36,303 nt of DNA from an uncultured Acidimicrobiales bacterium (GCA_937942965.1 CALDGN010000114.1:1-36303); one strand, 5' to 3'. Counted from the first letter of the stretch, positions 1-9,198 are shown. A program made the numbers and translations. The notes: generated by a model not told the origin, from the sequence alone.

Positions 1-67
1 GTCTCATCGAGATCTACTGATCCACCCCGAACGGTGCCTGACACCCGTTCGCCGAGAATTCGACTGG

Positions 68-91
68 ATCGGCCGCCTTCGGGCGGCCGAT
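68..91 (+). terminator. Perfect 10-bp GC-rich hairpin with cUUCGg tetraloop; probable terminator of an upstream gene
   Basis: ATCGGCCGCC-TTCG-GGCGGCCGAT followed by TCGGCGTTTT; lies after a possible gene end (...LIEIY*, TGA at 18-20). Confidence 0.6.
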
Positions 92-181
92 TCGGCGTTT
101 TGCGCCGATGCCGTCTTGCGCGAACACTCGACGACGGCGCATGATCGAGGCACGCCGGCAGCCAACGGAAGGGTGACCGAG

Positions 182-1291
182 ATGGACGAGTTCGAGCAGT
201 ATTGCGCCGAGGGCCGTGAGCGAGCGATGACGCTCGGCAACCGCGGTCCGGTGCGTTTCGTCGGAGACAGCGCACTACACCCGGACATCGTCGAGGCGTA
301 CTGGCGGACCGGCTTCTACGTGTTCGAAGGACTGGTCGGCCCCGACGAACTCGCCGACCTCGGAGCGGACCTCGCGGACATGAAGCGGCGTCTGCCTTCG
401 CACCGCAAGTCGCCTGTCGACAACGACGGTAATCCTGCGCTGGGCGCGGACCTCGAGGCCCGCACGGTCGTCTGGGGTCGCACCTTGGCTGACCCGGTTG
501 GCGGCACCAGTGCGTCGCACGGGCGTCACCCGGTGAAGATGACCGAGCCAACGCCCGCCGATGACGCGCCTGACGAAGTCGTGTACGTACTGCAAGGCAC
601 CCTGCAGTTCAGCGACGCCCACCTTCGTCTCTATGGACACCCCGACTTGCTGGGGATCGCGGCAGCGCTCAACGGAGACGACTTCACCCCGTTCAACGAG
701 GGCATCTTCATCAAGGATCCTGGGGTAGGCCCCTCGGTGGCCTGGCACCGCGACGGCGTGACCCACTGGGAATCGCCGGTGTGGGACCAAGGCACGCACG
801 GCTTCAACCTGATGGCCCAGCTGCACGGATGCGGTCCCGAGAACGGCGTCTGGGTGCTGCCGGGTAGCCACAAGGAACGCCACGTCGACTTGGGAGCGAT
901 GGCCGCCGAAGCCGGAAGTGATCGGCTGCCGCAAGGCGTGCCGCTGGTGTGCGCGCCTGGCGACGTTGCGATCGTCAACCGCCAAGCAATCCATGGCTCG
1001 TTCGCAAACACGAGCCCGCAACCACGGATCACGTTCAACATGGGGTTCCATCGCCGCAGTGCCGTGCTCGGTGCAACCGGAAGCGGCATTCATGGTGTCG
1101 TCGGCCCGCTCGACGACGACCGCATCGCGAAGCGGTCCGAGATCATCGGCTTCGCGATCTCTGCCCGCAGCCAGCGGTTCCCAGACGAGACCCCGTTCGA
1201 CTACCAACCGCACCGTGGCCAGACCTTCGCGTGGAGCGAAGCAGCCCGCGCCCAGATCCACGACTACAGCCTGCTCGACCTCAGTATCTAG
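182..1291 (+). CDS. Phytanoyl-CoA dioxygenase (PhyH) family Fe(II)/2-oxoglutarate dioxygenase
   Basis: TGFYVFEGL N-terminal motif, WHRDG (HxD), ENGVWVLPGSH and distal HGSFANTS..PR. Start is uncertain (ATG 182, GTG 173 or TTG 116). Confidence 0.85.
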   Translation: MDEFEQYCAEGRERAMTLGNRGPVRFVGDSALHPDIVEAYWRTGFYVFEGLVGPDELADLGADLADMKRRLPSHRKSPVDNDGNPALGADLEARTVVWGRTLADPVGGTSASHGRHPVKMTEPTPADDAPDEVVYVLQGTLQFSDAHLRLYGHPDLLGIAAALNGDDFTPFNEGIFIKDPGVGPSVAWHRDGVTHWESPVWDQGTHGFNLMAQLHGCGPENGVWVLPGSHKERHVDLGAMAAEAGSDRLPQGVPLVCAPGDVAIVNRQAIHGSFANTSPQPRITFNMGFHRRSAVLGATGSGIHGVVGPLDDDRIAKRSEIIGFAISARSQRFPDETPFDYQPHRGQTFAWSEAARAQIHDYSLLDLSI

Positions 1292-1293
1292 GA

Positions 1294-2220
1294 CTACTCG
1301 AGGTCGAGTGCCACGTAGTTGGCGTGGCGGCTTGCCTCGGCGGGCCGACCCCAGATTCGCACGAGCCCGCCGGCCTGCTGCATCGCGATGACCTCGGCGG
1401 CCGAGAGGTCGGTCGACGGCGCGTTGTAGATCACGATGTGAGGGTCGGCGAGGGTCACGGATGTCGGGCGGGCGGCGACGAAGGCCGCGGCCGTGAGTCC
1501 GGCGCTGCCTCGATACGCGTCGATGTCACCGGTGACGACGACGAGCACGCTTCCCGACAGCTCGCCAAAGGTCGGCCAGCCCGTCTGCGCTGTCGCAGCA
1601 CCCAGGGTTGTGGCGCCGGGACTCCGCACGATGAGATCGAGCGGCGTGAACAACCGATCTTCGAAGGCGTCGCGAATCGAGCGATCGAATACGAGCCGGT
1701 CCCGTTGCGTCGCCGGGGCGTCTTTGAAGTCAAGGAAGACCGTCAGTGGTTCGTCAACCGGAAGTGCGGCGATCGACGCAAGGGCGTCGTCGAGCGTTGC
1801 GACGTTGCTGGTCCGATCGAAGGCGTGGTGGTACACCGACCATTCGCCGTCGGCGGTCGGCCCGTGCAGATCGAACTCGAAGCCACGGACACCACCCTGG
1901 TAGAGCTCGCGAACCGAGCGCTCGGAGCGATAGGTGTTGTGGCTCGCAAGCTGAGTGCTCGCAGTGAGCGGCAACCCAGGCCATGGCTCCACGCTGAGCA
2001 CATGGTCTTCGATCGAGCGAGCTGCCTGCAACAAGGACCGGGCGAGATCTCGCAGGCGATCGCCGAGCTCGTCGAGGACATCGACGCCTCCGACAGCGAG
2101 GTCGACCGACGCTCGTGCCACGGTCGTGCGCACCAGGAGGTCATCGCTCTTGGCGGCCTGCACCGTGAGCTGTTGGCCGACCTCTCGCACTCGCTCCCCG
2201 TCGATTCCATGCCAAGCCAT
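1294..2220 (-). CDS. PI-PLC-like phosphodiesterase with an N-terminal WXG100-like helical segment
   Basis: PLC-like motifs ASHNTY, GVRGFEFDLH, WSVYH, PLTVFLDFKD and WPTFGELSG. The first ~75 aa are amphipathic helices (MAWHGIDGERVREVGQQL...LRDLARSLLQAARSIE) with no signal peptide. Confidence 0.7.
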   Translation of the reverse strand: MAWHGIDGERVREVGQQLTVQAAKSDDLLVRTTVARASVDLAVGGVDVLDELGDRLRDLARSLLQAARSIEDHVLSVEPWPGLPLTASTQLASHNTYRSERSVRELYQGGVRGFEFDLHGPTADGEWSVYHHAFDRTSNVATLDDALASIAALPVDEPLTVFLDFKDAPATQRDRLVFDRSIRDAFEDRLFTPLDLIVRSPGATTLGAATAQTGWPTFGELSGSVLVVVTGDIDAYRGSAGLTAAAFVAARPTSVTLADPHIVIYNAPSTDLSAAEVIAMQQAGGLVRIWGRPAEASRHANYVALDLE

Positions 2221-2228
2221 CGGCGGTC

Positions 2229-2257
2229 AAGCTAGAACCCCGTGAGTGTCTTTTCAA
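2229..2257 (-). promoter_or_regulatory. SigA-type promoter giving an essentially leaderless transcript of the PLC gene
   Basis: Minus strand TTGAAA-17 nt-TAGCTT, 8 nt before the ATG at 2220; no SD visible. Confidence 0.65.
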
Positions 2258-2351
2258 TACCTTTCTTTCCCCGGGTCGGGGGCAAAACCACGACGTCGGC
2301 GCATGACCGAAGCCAGGCGCCGACGTCGCTCATCGTTCGGAATGGACTGAG

Positions 2352-3047
2352 CTATCCAGCCGCGGTCTCCACCCCGAGGCATAGGCCGACATCGGCGACC
2401 CGTGTCAGGTCGTACTCGGCCGCACAGAAGTCGCCGAGCTTCCCGTCACAGTTGACGTCGAATCCGCCGGAACAATTGAAGCTGCAGAAGCTGCCGCCAG
2501 TCACGATTTCGTACGTCACGTTCTCGTTGTTGAAACGATCGCCGATCGCGAGGCCCTGCGCGTTGGCCTGGACCCGATCGTCTTCGATACAGACGAGCGT
2601 CGCCAGATCGAGTGACTTGGGTTCAAGCGCCTTCTTCTCGGCCAGGTGTTCGGCGAGCTCGCTATCGAGTATCAGCGTCGGGCGTACGCACAGCCCACTC
2701 GGCGTCTGGTAGTGGAAATCAGGGCGCTCGCCGCACTCCCGCGCCCTGTCGTACGTGCACACGCCTTCGACCTGTATTGCACCGGGCGCTTCGCTGCAGA
2801 GCTCGGCGTCGGTGCCAACCGGGCTGTAGCCGTTCGGGTGACAGCCGGTGTAGCTCTGGCCGAAAATCACAGATGTGCCGAGCGAAGAGAACCCGCTCGG
2901 GCACGATGTGCCCCGCTCGATCGTGTCGTGGGTGAACGATCCGCCGACCGCGTGGGCTTCGGCCTTAGGCGATGTCAGTACCGCCGCGCCGAGCAACATC
3001 GACAGGACCGCCATCGTTACCCCGATGACCTTGACCACATTTCGCAT
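2352..3047 (-). CDS. Secreted cysteine-rich hypothetical protein (12 Cys)
   Basis: Strong SD (AAGGAGG), Sec signal peptide ending ...PKAEA, 12 cysteines. Confidence 0.75.
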   Translation of the reverse strand: MRNVVKVIGVTMAVLSMLLGAAVLTSPKAEAHAVGGSFTHDTIERGTSCPSGFSSLGTSVIFGQSYTGCHPNGYSPVGTDAELCSEAPGAIQVEGVCTYDRARECGERPDFHYQTPSGLCVRPTLILDSELAEHLAEKKALEPKSLDLATLVCIEDDRVQANAQGLAIGDRFNNENVTYEIVTGGSFCSFNCSGGFDVNCDGKLGDFCAAEYDLTRVADVGLCLGVETAAG

Positions 3048-3241
3048 GCTTCCTCCTTGGTTGTAGCGACGGGCGTGGCGATGTTCGCCGTCGTCCCGTT
3101 CCGCCTGCGATCAACGTATGGAGGATTCGAAGTTCGTTCAGGCGACGAAGACACGCCGCAAGTGCGTAGTCATGCGCAGAGTCTCTGCACGCGGATCGAT
3201 TGTTCACGTGCCCGTGACACACAGCCGGCAGCCGGCTCGCG

Positions 3242-5242
3242 CTACTCGTCGGTTGTGCCTTCGAGGTCGGCTGGGTCCGCCAGGACGACCAGCACCTGAC
3301 CGTTGTCGACCTGGTCGCCGACGGCACAGCGCAACTCAGTGACCACTGCGTCGACCGGTGCGTTGATGGTGTGCTCCATCTTCATCGCTTCCATCACGAC
3401 GAGTGCCTGCCCGGCCGTGACGGTGTCGCCTTCGGCGACGTGGACGAGCAGCACCTTGCCGGGCATCGGTGCGGTCTGGCCGCCAGCGACATCGCCGCTG
3501 CCGTAGTCCGGGAAGCGGTCAACGTCGTGCAGCACGACGACACCGCCGGGACCTTGGACCGTCCACTGCGTTCCGGACCGCGTCACGCCATAGGGAGCTC
3601 GGGCGCCTGCGACTTCGACGTCGACTCGACCGCCGTCGATCGAGATGAGCGCGGCCTGGACCGGCTCGGCCTCGTCGACCGCCATCTCGAACGCTCCCGA
3701 GCGATCCGATGACGGGCGGTAGTGCACCGTGAACTCGTCGTCGCCATGGGCATAGATACGCCGTTCGGCAGGCATCGACGAGTTGCGGTAGCCGCTGGCC
3801 ATGAAAGCGAGCGATCCGGCATGGGCACGGTTCTCGTGTTGAGCAACGAGCGACGCCACAAAGGCCGCGGCGGCAATCGTCTCGGGCGTGACCTCGGCGA
3901 CCCGCGGCGGATCGACGCGTTCGATGAAGTCCGTTGTCGTGTCCCCAGCCAAGAACTCAGGCGTGCGGAGGGTCGCAACCAAGAAGTCGCGGTTCGTCGT
4001 CATGCCGGCAACGGCCATGCGTTCGAGCACGAGCGCCAGGCGATTGGCCGCCTCGGTGCGAGTCGGTGCGTGCACGATCACCTTGGCCAGCATTGGATCG
4101 AAGTCGACGCTGACCACCGAACCGGTCTCGACACCAGTGTCGAGACGGGCGGCGGGCGCATCGGGCAAGCCGAAGGCATCCAGCGTTCCGATAACGGGCA
4201 GGAAATCGTTCGCCGGATCTTCGGCATAGAGCCGCGCTTCGATCGAGTGCCCGTCGATTCCAAGATCGTCTTGGGCATAGCCAAGCGGCTCGCCCATCGC
4301 GACACGGAGTTGCTCGCGGACAAGGTCGATGCCGGTGATCTCTTCGGTCACCGGGTGCTCAACCTGGATACGCGTGTTCATCTCCAAGAAGAAGAACTCG
4401 GCGTCATCGCCTTCGCCATCGACCAGGAACTCGACCGTGCCCGCGCTGTAGTAGCCGACCGCTTGTGCGGCCGCGACGGCGGCGGCACCCATGCGGTCAC
4501 GCAGCTCAGGCGAGAGAGCGGGCGACGGTGCCTCTTCGATGATCTTCTGATGGCGGCGCTGAATCGAACACTCGCGCTCGAACAGGTGCACGACGTTTCC
4601 GTGCTGGTCACCAAGCACCTGGATCTCGACGTGACGAGGCGTGGTCAGATAGCGCTCGATGAACACCGTGCCGTCGCCAAACGAAGACGCGGCTTCGCGC
4701 TGCGCGCCTTCGACCGCGGCGCCAAGTTCGTCAGCGGATTCAACGACGCGCATGCCCTTGCCGCCACCGCCTGCTGAGGCCTTTACGAGCACGGGCATGG
4801 ATAGTTCGCCGAGATCGGCCGGGGCCTCGCCGTCGACGAGCACCTGCGGCAGCGTCGGCACGTCGGCGTCGATCATCATCGCTTTGGCCGCGAGCTTGTC
4901 GCCCATCGACGCGATCGCGTCGGGAGGCGGCCCGACCCAGGTCATGCCTGCGGCCATTACGGCGCGGGCGAAGTCCGCGTTCTCAGCCAAGAAGCCGTAG
5001 CCGGGGTGGATCGCATCGGCGCCGGTTCGGCGTGCTGCGGCGAGCACCTTGTCGACGTCGAGGTACGTCTCGGCTGGTGTGCGCCCGTCGAGGGCGACCG
5101 CTTGGCCAGCCTCGTGCACAAAGGGAGCGTCGGCATCGCCGTCGGCGAAGACCGCGACCGTGTCGATGCCCATGTCATGTGCGGTCCGGAAGACGCGCCG
5201 TGCGATCTCGCCACGATTGGCGACCAAAAGCCTGCGGATCAC
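3242..5242 (-). CDS. Biotin-dependent acyl-CoA carboxylase alpha subunit (biotin carboxylase + BCCP), AccA2/AtuF-like
   Basis: LLVANRGEIA, HPGYGFLAEN, KASAGGGGKGMR, RECSIQRRHQK, FLEMNTRIQVEHPVTE and the biotinylation motif EAMKM. Confidence 0.95.
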   Translation of the reverse strand: MIRRLLVANRGEIARRVFRTAHDMGIDTVAVFADGDADAPFVHEAGQAVALDGRTPAETYLDVDKVLAAARRTGADAIHPGYGFLAENADFARAVMAAGMTWVGPPPDAIASMGDKLAAKAMMIDADVPTLPQVLVDGEAPADLGELSMPVLVKASAGGGGKGMRVVESADELGAAVEGAQREAASSFGDGTVFIERYLTTPRHVEIQVLGDQHGNVVHLFERECSIQRRHQKIIEEAPSPALSPELRDRMGAAAVAAAQAVGYYSAGTVEFLVDGEGDDAEFFFLEMNTRIQVEHPVTEEITGIDLVREQLRVAMGEPLGYAQDDLGIDGHSIEARLYAEDPANDFLPVIGTLDAFGLPDAPAARLDTGVETGSVVSVDFDPMLAKVIVHAPTRTEAANRLALVLERMAVAGMTTNRDFLVATLRTPEFLAGDTTTDFIERVDPPRVAEVTPETIAAAAFVASLVAQHENRAHAGSLAFMASGYRNSSMPAERRIYAHGDDEFTVHYRPSSDRSGAFEMAVDEAEPVQAALISIDGGRVDVEVAGARAPYGVTRSGTQWTVQGPGGVVVLHDVDRFPDYGSGDVAGGQTAPMPGKVLLVHVAEGDTVTAGQALVVMEAMKMEHTINAPVDAVVTELRCAVGDQVDNGQVLVVLADPADLEGTTDE

Positions 5243-5252
5243 GAAACACCCC

Positions 5253-5315
5253 TAGCCGTGTTGGGAGTTGAGAGGCGGAGCCGAGCAACTCCGTTTGTGA
5301 GCGAAGCGAACGGCA
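5253..5315. repeat. REP-like multi-hairpin intergenic element
   Basis: Stems GGAGTTG/CAACTCC and CCGTT/AACGG; an alternative GCCGT/ACGGC pairing could close the element. Loops GAGGCGGAGCCGAG and GAGCGAAGCG are related. Only one copy is seen in this window. Confidence 0.45.
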
Positions 5316-6938
5316 TCACCTGAACACCCCGAATCCCTCGGCGCCTTGGACTTGTTCGTTGTGGCAGACCGACAGCGACATGCCGACGATGTCTCGTGTG
5401 TGTCGGGGGTCGATGACCCCGTCGTCGGCGACCCGGCCGGTCGAGTAGAGCGCCAGCGACTTGAGCTCGTGGTAGTGCTCAACCGTGGCGGTCGTGGCTG
5501 CGTCGGCTTCTTCGTCGAACTCGAGACCCTTGCGAGCAGCTTGGGCTCGGCGCACGAGCGACATCACGCCGGCAATCTGCTTGGGGCCCATGATGGCGAT
5601 CTTGGCGGTCGGCCAGAGATACGTGAAGCGGGTGTTGAAGCCTCGACCGGACATGCCGTAGTTGCCGGCGCCATAGCTCGATCCGATGATGACGCTGATG
5701 TGCGGCACCGTCGAGTTCGACACCGCATTGATCATGCGGCTGCCGTTCTTGACGATCCCACCGTGCTCGAAGTCCTTGCCGACCATGTAGCCGGTGATGT
5801 TGTGGAGGAACAGCAGCGGGATGTTCTGCTGGTTGCAGAGCTGAATGAACTGGGCGGCCTTGTTTGCACTCTCGCTAAAGAGTGGGCCGTTGTTGCCCAA
5901 GATGCCGACCGGGTACCCGTGCACGTTGGCCCAGCCACAGATCAGCGTCGTGCCGAAGCGGGCTTTGAACTCTTCGAAGCGGCTGCCGTCGACGACCCGC
6001 GCGATGACCTCACGCACGTCGATAGCGACGCTTAGATCGCGGGCCATGCAACCGAGCAACTCTTCGGGATCGTGCACCGGCGCGTCAGCTTCGCCCGTTG
6101 GCCCGTAGCCCCGCTTGTGATGGTTCAGGTGCGCAATGACCTCGCGGCACATGCGGAGGGCGTCGAGTTCGTCCTCGGCGAGGTAGTCGGCCAGGCCGCT
6201 GACCTCGGCATGCATCTGCCCGCCGCCGAGCGTCTCATCGTCGCTGATCTCACCCGTCGCCATCTGCACCAGCGGTGGCCCACCCAAGAAGACCTTGGAC
6301 TTCTCCTTGATGAAGATGTTGTAGTCACTCATCCCGGGTTGGTACGCGCCACCGGCGGTGGACGACCCAAAGACCACGGCGACCGACGGAATGCCGAGCT
6401 TCGACAGCTCGGTCACGTCGTAGAACAGGCGGCCGCTCTCTCCGAAGTGGTCCATCTGCTCACGCATCTGACGTTCGGGATCGTCATCACCCCGCAGGTC
6501 ACCACCGGCTGATTCGACGAACTGCACATAGGGCAGCCGATTCTCTCGACAGATCTGAATCGCTCGCATGATCTTCTTGCCCGAGACCGCGGTGAGCGCT
6601 CCACCGAGCACCGTCGGGTCGTTGCCCATGATCATGCACTCGGTGCCTTCGATGACACCGAGGCCCATCACCAGACCACCGCCGACCGTGTAGTTCGTGC
6701 AGTAGCCGGCAAGCGAACTGATCTCGAAGAACGGCGAGTCGGGATCGAGGACGGCCGAGATCCGCTCACGAATCGGCAGCTTGCCTCGTGACCGCAGTCG
6801 GTCCATCGATGCTGGGCCACCGCCAGCAGCAGCTTCGGCATGTAGCGCATCGAGTTCGGCGAGCTGTTCGAGCATGTCGTCGCGATTGCGGACGAACTGC
6901 TCGCTCGACGTATCGAGGTTGGTTCTGAGAATCCCCAC
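5316..6938 (-). CDS. Acyl-CoA carboxylase carboxyltransferase (beta) subunit, AccD2/AtuC-like
   Basis: RGKLPIRERI, NDPTVLGG, VESAGGDL, GSSTAGGAYQPGMSDY, GSSYGAGNYGMSGR, DDGVIDPR and terminal FGVFR. Confidence 0.93.
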   Translation of the reverse strand: MGILRTNLDTSSEQFVRNRDDMLEQLAELDALHAEAAAGGGPASMDRLRSRGKLPIRERISAVLDPDSPFFEISSLAGYCTNYTVGGGLVMGLGVIEGTECMIMGNDPTVLGGALTAVSGKKIMRAIQICRENRLPYVQFVESAGGDLRGDDDPERQMREQMDHFGESGRLFYDVTELSKLGIPSVAVVFGSSTAGGAYQPGMSDYNIFIKEKSKVFLGGPPLVQMATGEISDDETLGGGQMHAEVSGLADYLAEDELDALRMCREVIAHLNHHKRGYGPTGEADAPVHDPEELLGCMARDLSVAIDVREVIARVVDGSRFEEFKARFGTTLICGWANVHGYPVGILGNNGPLFSESANKAAQFIQLCNQQNIPLLFLHNITGYMVGKDFEHGGIVKNGSRMINAVSNSTVPHISVIIGSSYGAGNYGMSGRGFNTRFTYLWPTAKIAIMGPKQIAGVMSLVRRAQAARKGLEFDEEADAATTATVEHYHELKSLALYSTGRVADDGVIDPRHTRDIVGMSLSVCHNEQVQGAEGFGVFR

Positions 6939-6950
6939 GAACGGATCGTA
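6939..6950 (-). promoter_or_regulatory. -10 element for a leaderless carboxylase operon
   Basis: TACGAT 6 nt upstream of the GTG start at 6938. Confidence 0.55.
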
Positions 6951-7117
6951 GGTGGTCGCCTCCCTCCGCTCCGAAGCCGAGTCACTCCCAGGCGACAGAA
7001 CCGGCGTGACCGACGCGGGTGCTGAGCGTCACGACAACGACAGCCGCCCGGGGCCGATCCGTCGGATGATGACTCGGCGAGGCGATAGCGGATCGCCTCC
7101 GACAACAAAGGAACATC

Positions 7118-7585
7118 ATGACGAACCCCCCAAACCCAGCAACGTCGACGCATGCACACCCTCGAGCACGGCGACGACGGAGCTCGATCACGCTTCTGGC
7201 GATCGGCTTTGCGCTACTCGCTTCGATGTTCGTCGCAGCGGGACCGGCGCAAGCCCGTGAGCTACGAGCTGCACCTGACGACGGCGTCGCTGAACTCACG
7301 CCCGACGAGTGGGATTGCATCCTCAACTACGAGGTCGAGCTCGTCGACTTCTGCATCCGGCTGAAGGAGAAGCCGAGCAAGAGCGATGCGGACACGACGC
7401 AGGTGCTCGCAGCTCCAACCACGACCCGCACACCGGACAAGGACGTACCGGCGTTCTTCTGCCCCGGCGGCACGGTGGCGACGCCATTCGAACAACCCAT
7501 CTATGACGACGCCACCGGGCTCTTCGTCGTTGACTTCGAGATCGTCTGGTACTGCCTGCCAGCCGATCTCGAACCCGAGGGCTGA
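7118..7585 (+). CDS. Secreted hypothetical protein
   Basis: SD-like AAAGGAA; basic RARRRRS stretch, hydrophobic segment and AQA cleavage site; two Cys pairs separated by a T/K-rich linker. Confidence 0.7.
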   Translation: MTNPPNPATSTHAHPRARRRRSSITLLAIGFALLASMFVAAGPAQARELRAAPDDGVAELTPDEWDCILNYEVELVDFCIRLKEKPSKSDADTTQVLAAPTTTRTPDKDVPAFFCPGGTVATPFEQPIYDDATGLFVVDFEIVWYCLPADLEPEG

Positions 7586-7601
7586 GCCCCTTGACCTCAC
7601 C

Positions 7602-7665
7602 AGATCCCGGCGCTGTTCCCGGCGCTGGGATCGCGCAGATGCCCGAGGCTTCAGCCTCGGGCATC
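7602..7665 (+). terminator. Two tandem hairpins downstream of the secreted-protein gene
   Basis: GATCCCGGCGC...GCGCTGGGATC (G-U pairs favour the + strand) and perfect inverted repeat GATGCCCGAGGCT-TC-AGCCTCGGGCATC (7638-7665). Confidence 0.55.
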
Positions 7666-7687
7666 GACGCGTGTCATCGTGGAACCC

Positions 7688-8356
7688 ATGTTTGCTCCGA
7701 CCGACGAGCTCCGCGCCGCGCTCGTTGCACTCGCCGACCCTGAACGGGCGGCACCGATGGCCGCGTACATGCGAGACAAGTTCGTCTTCCTTGGGATCAC
7801 GGCCAAGGACCGTCGCGCCGCAACCAAACCGTGGTTACGCGACGCCAAACGGGCCGACCCTGACGAGCTACTCGTCCTCGCACGCTGGTGCTGGGACCAG
7901 TCCGAACGAGAGTTCCATCACGTGGGCGCCGACGCCCTCCGAGCCGGCGCAGCGAACTTGCGCACAGGTGACCTCACGGCGGTGCGCGGCTTCGTCACCG
8001 ACAAGTCGTGGTGGGACACGGTTGATGCGCTCGCCGCTTGGACCGTCGGCCCGCTCGTCTCCAAGCACGACCTCGGTGCTGTCATGGACGAGTGGATTCA
8101 CGACGACAACCTGTGGGTTGCACGGACCGCGATCCTTCACCAGCTTGGCTACAAGGAAGCCACCGATGGCGACCGGTTGTTTCGACACGCCGAGCTGCGG
8201 GCGGCCGACACCGAGTTCTTCATCCGCAAGGCACTCGGTTGGGCCCTCCGGCAGTACGCACGAGGAGCCCCCGACGAGGTGCGGGCGTTCGTCGAGCAGC
8301 ACCGAGAACAGCTGTCAGGACTCACGGTGCGCGAGGCGCTGAAGCACCTCGGCTGA
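7688..8356 (+). CDS. DNA alkylation repair protein (AlkD-like HEAT-repeat glycosylase)
   Basis: MAAYMRDKFVFLGI, EREF, KSWWDTVDAL, NLWVARTAILHQL, EFFIRKALGWALRQY and LTVREALKH. Alternative start GTG 7679. Confidence 0.9.
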   Translation: MFAPTDELRAALVALADPERAAPMAAYMRDKFVFLGITAKDRRAATKPWLRDAKRADPDELLVLARWCWDQSEREFHHVGADALRAGAANLRTGDLTAVRGFVTDKSWWDTVDALAAWTVGPLVSKHDLGAVMDEWIHDDNLWVARTAILHQLGYKEATDGDRLFRHAELRAADTEFFIRKALGWALRQYARGAPDEVRAFVEQHREQLSGLTVREALKHLG

Positions 8357-8372
8357 CGCAGCCGTGTTCAGG

Positions 8373-9158
8373 TCACGCGTCGGGGCGGATGCTGACCCAG
8401 TCGGCGAGCCGCAGATCCGGCGTCAAGGCCTGTCGACTCATCCCCGTGGTCACGACGGTGACCGACACCGCGACGGATCCGAGCACGAGGAACATGACCA
8501 CCAGCTGAATGAGAACGGCATCGAGCGGGTCCGCGCCCGCGAGCAACAAGCCGGTCATCGCCCCAGGAAGCGCAATCAAGCCCACTACCCGAGTGCGCTC
8601 GATCTGCGGGGTGAGCGCAAGCCGAGTCACGTCACGAACGAGTGGACGCGTCGCTTCGACCCGAGGAAACCCGAGAGCGAGCATCGCTTCGATTTGCCCC
8701 GTCCCGTCGAGCAGACCGCTCCGAGTCCGCTCAACGGCTTGAACCGTGGCGGGCATCGTGTTTCCGATCGTGATCCCGGCGATCACGACGATCGCGACCG
8801 GCTCGGCATCGAGCACGCCGAAGCCGAACAAGACGACGAGCACGACGGCACAGGTCAGCCCGATCGATGCGATCCCGATCGCGAAGAGGCCCGGCACGGC
8901 CGAAGCTCGGCGGGTGACGACCCAACCCGAGATGAGCACCATGCCCAGAACCCACAACCAGGCCCACAGCGAAGCCAGCGACGATTCGAAGATGACGGTG
9001 AAGAACACCCCGACCGCGATGAGCTGCACGGCCGCTCGCAGCGATGCCCACAGGATCGAGCGCTCAAGCCCGAGTCCGCGCCAGGCAGAGACGGCGACGA
9101 CAACCGCCACCAAGACGAGCGAAATCGCCGCCTGCCACGGTTCGATGTCGGCGACCAC
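8373..9158 (-). CDS. ABC transporter permease, FetB/YbbM (UPF0014) family
   Basis: RAAVQLIAVG, GITIGNTM, IEAMLALG, GLIALPGAMTGLLLAGADPLDAVLIQ; multiple TM helices; TAGCAT -10 lies 6 nt before the GTG (leaderless). Confidence 0.88.
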   Translation of the reverse strand: MVADIEPWQAAISLVLVAVVVAVSAWRGLGLERSILWASLRAAVQLIAVGVFFTVIFESSLASLWAWLWVLGMVLISGWVVTRRASAVPGLFAIGIASIGLTCAVVLVVLFGFGVLDAEPVAIVVIAGITIGNTMPATVQAVERTRSGLLDGTGQIEAMLALGFPRVEATRPLVRDVTRLALTPQIERTRVVGLIALPGAMTGLLLAGADPLDAVLIQLVVMFLVLGSVAVSVTVVTTGMSRQALTPDLRLADWVSIRPDA

Positions 9159-9198
9159 GCCGAGATGCTAACGAACGCCGGGGAGCCCGGCTGCCGCT

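Noticed and set aside
1-20. Possible 3' end of an upstream gene (...LIEIY*)
   Set aside because: Too short to support a call.
275-2235. Overlapping long ORFs 275-1261 (-) and 949-2235 (+)
   Set aside because: Antisense or alternative-frame shadows of the PhyH and PLC genes.
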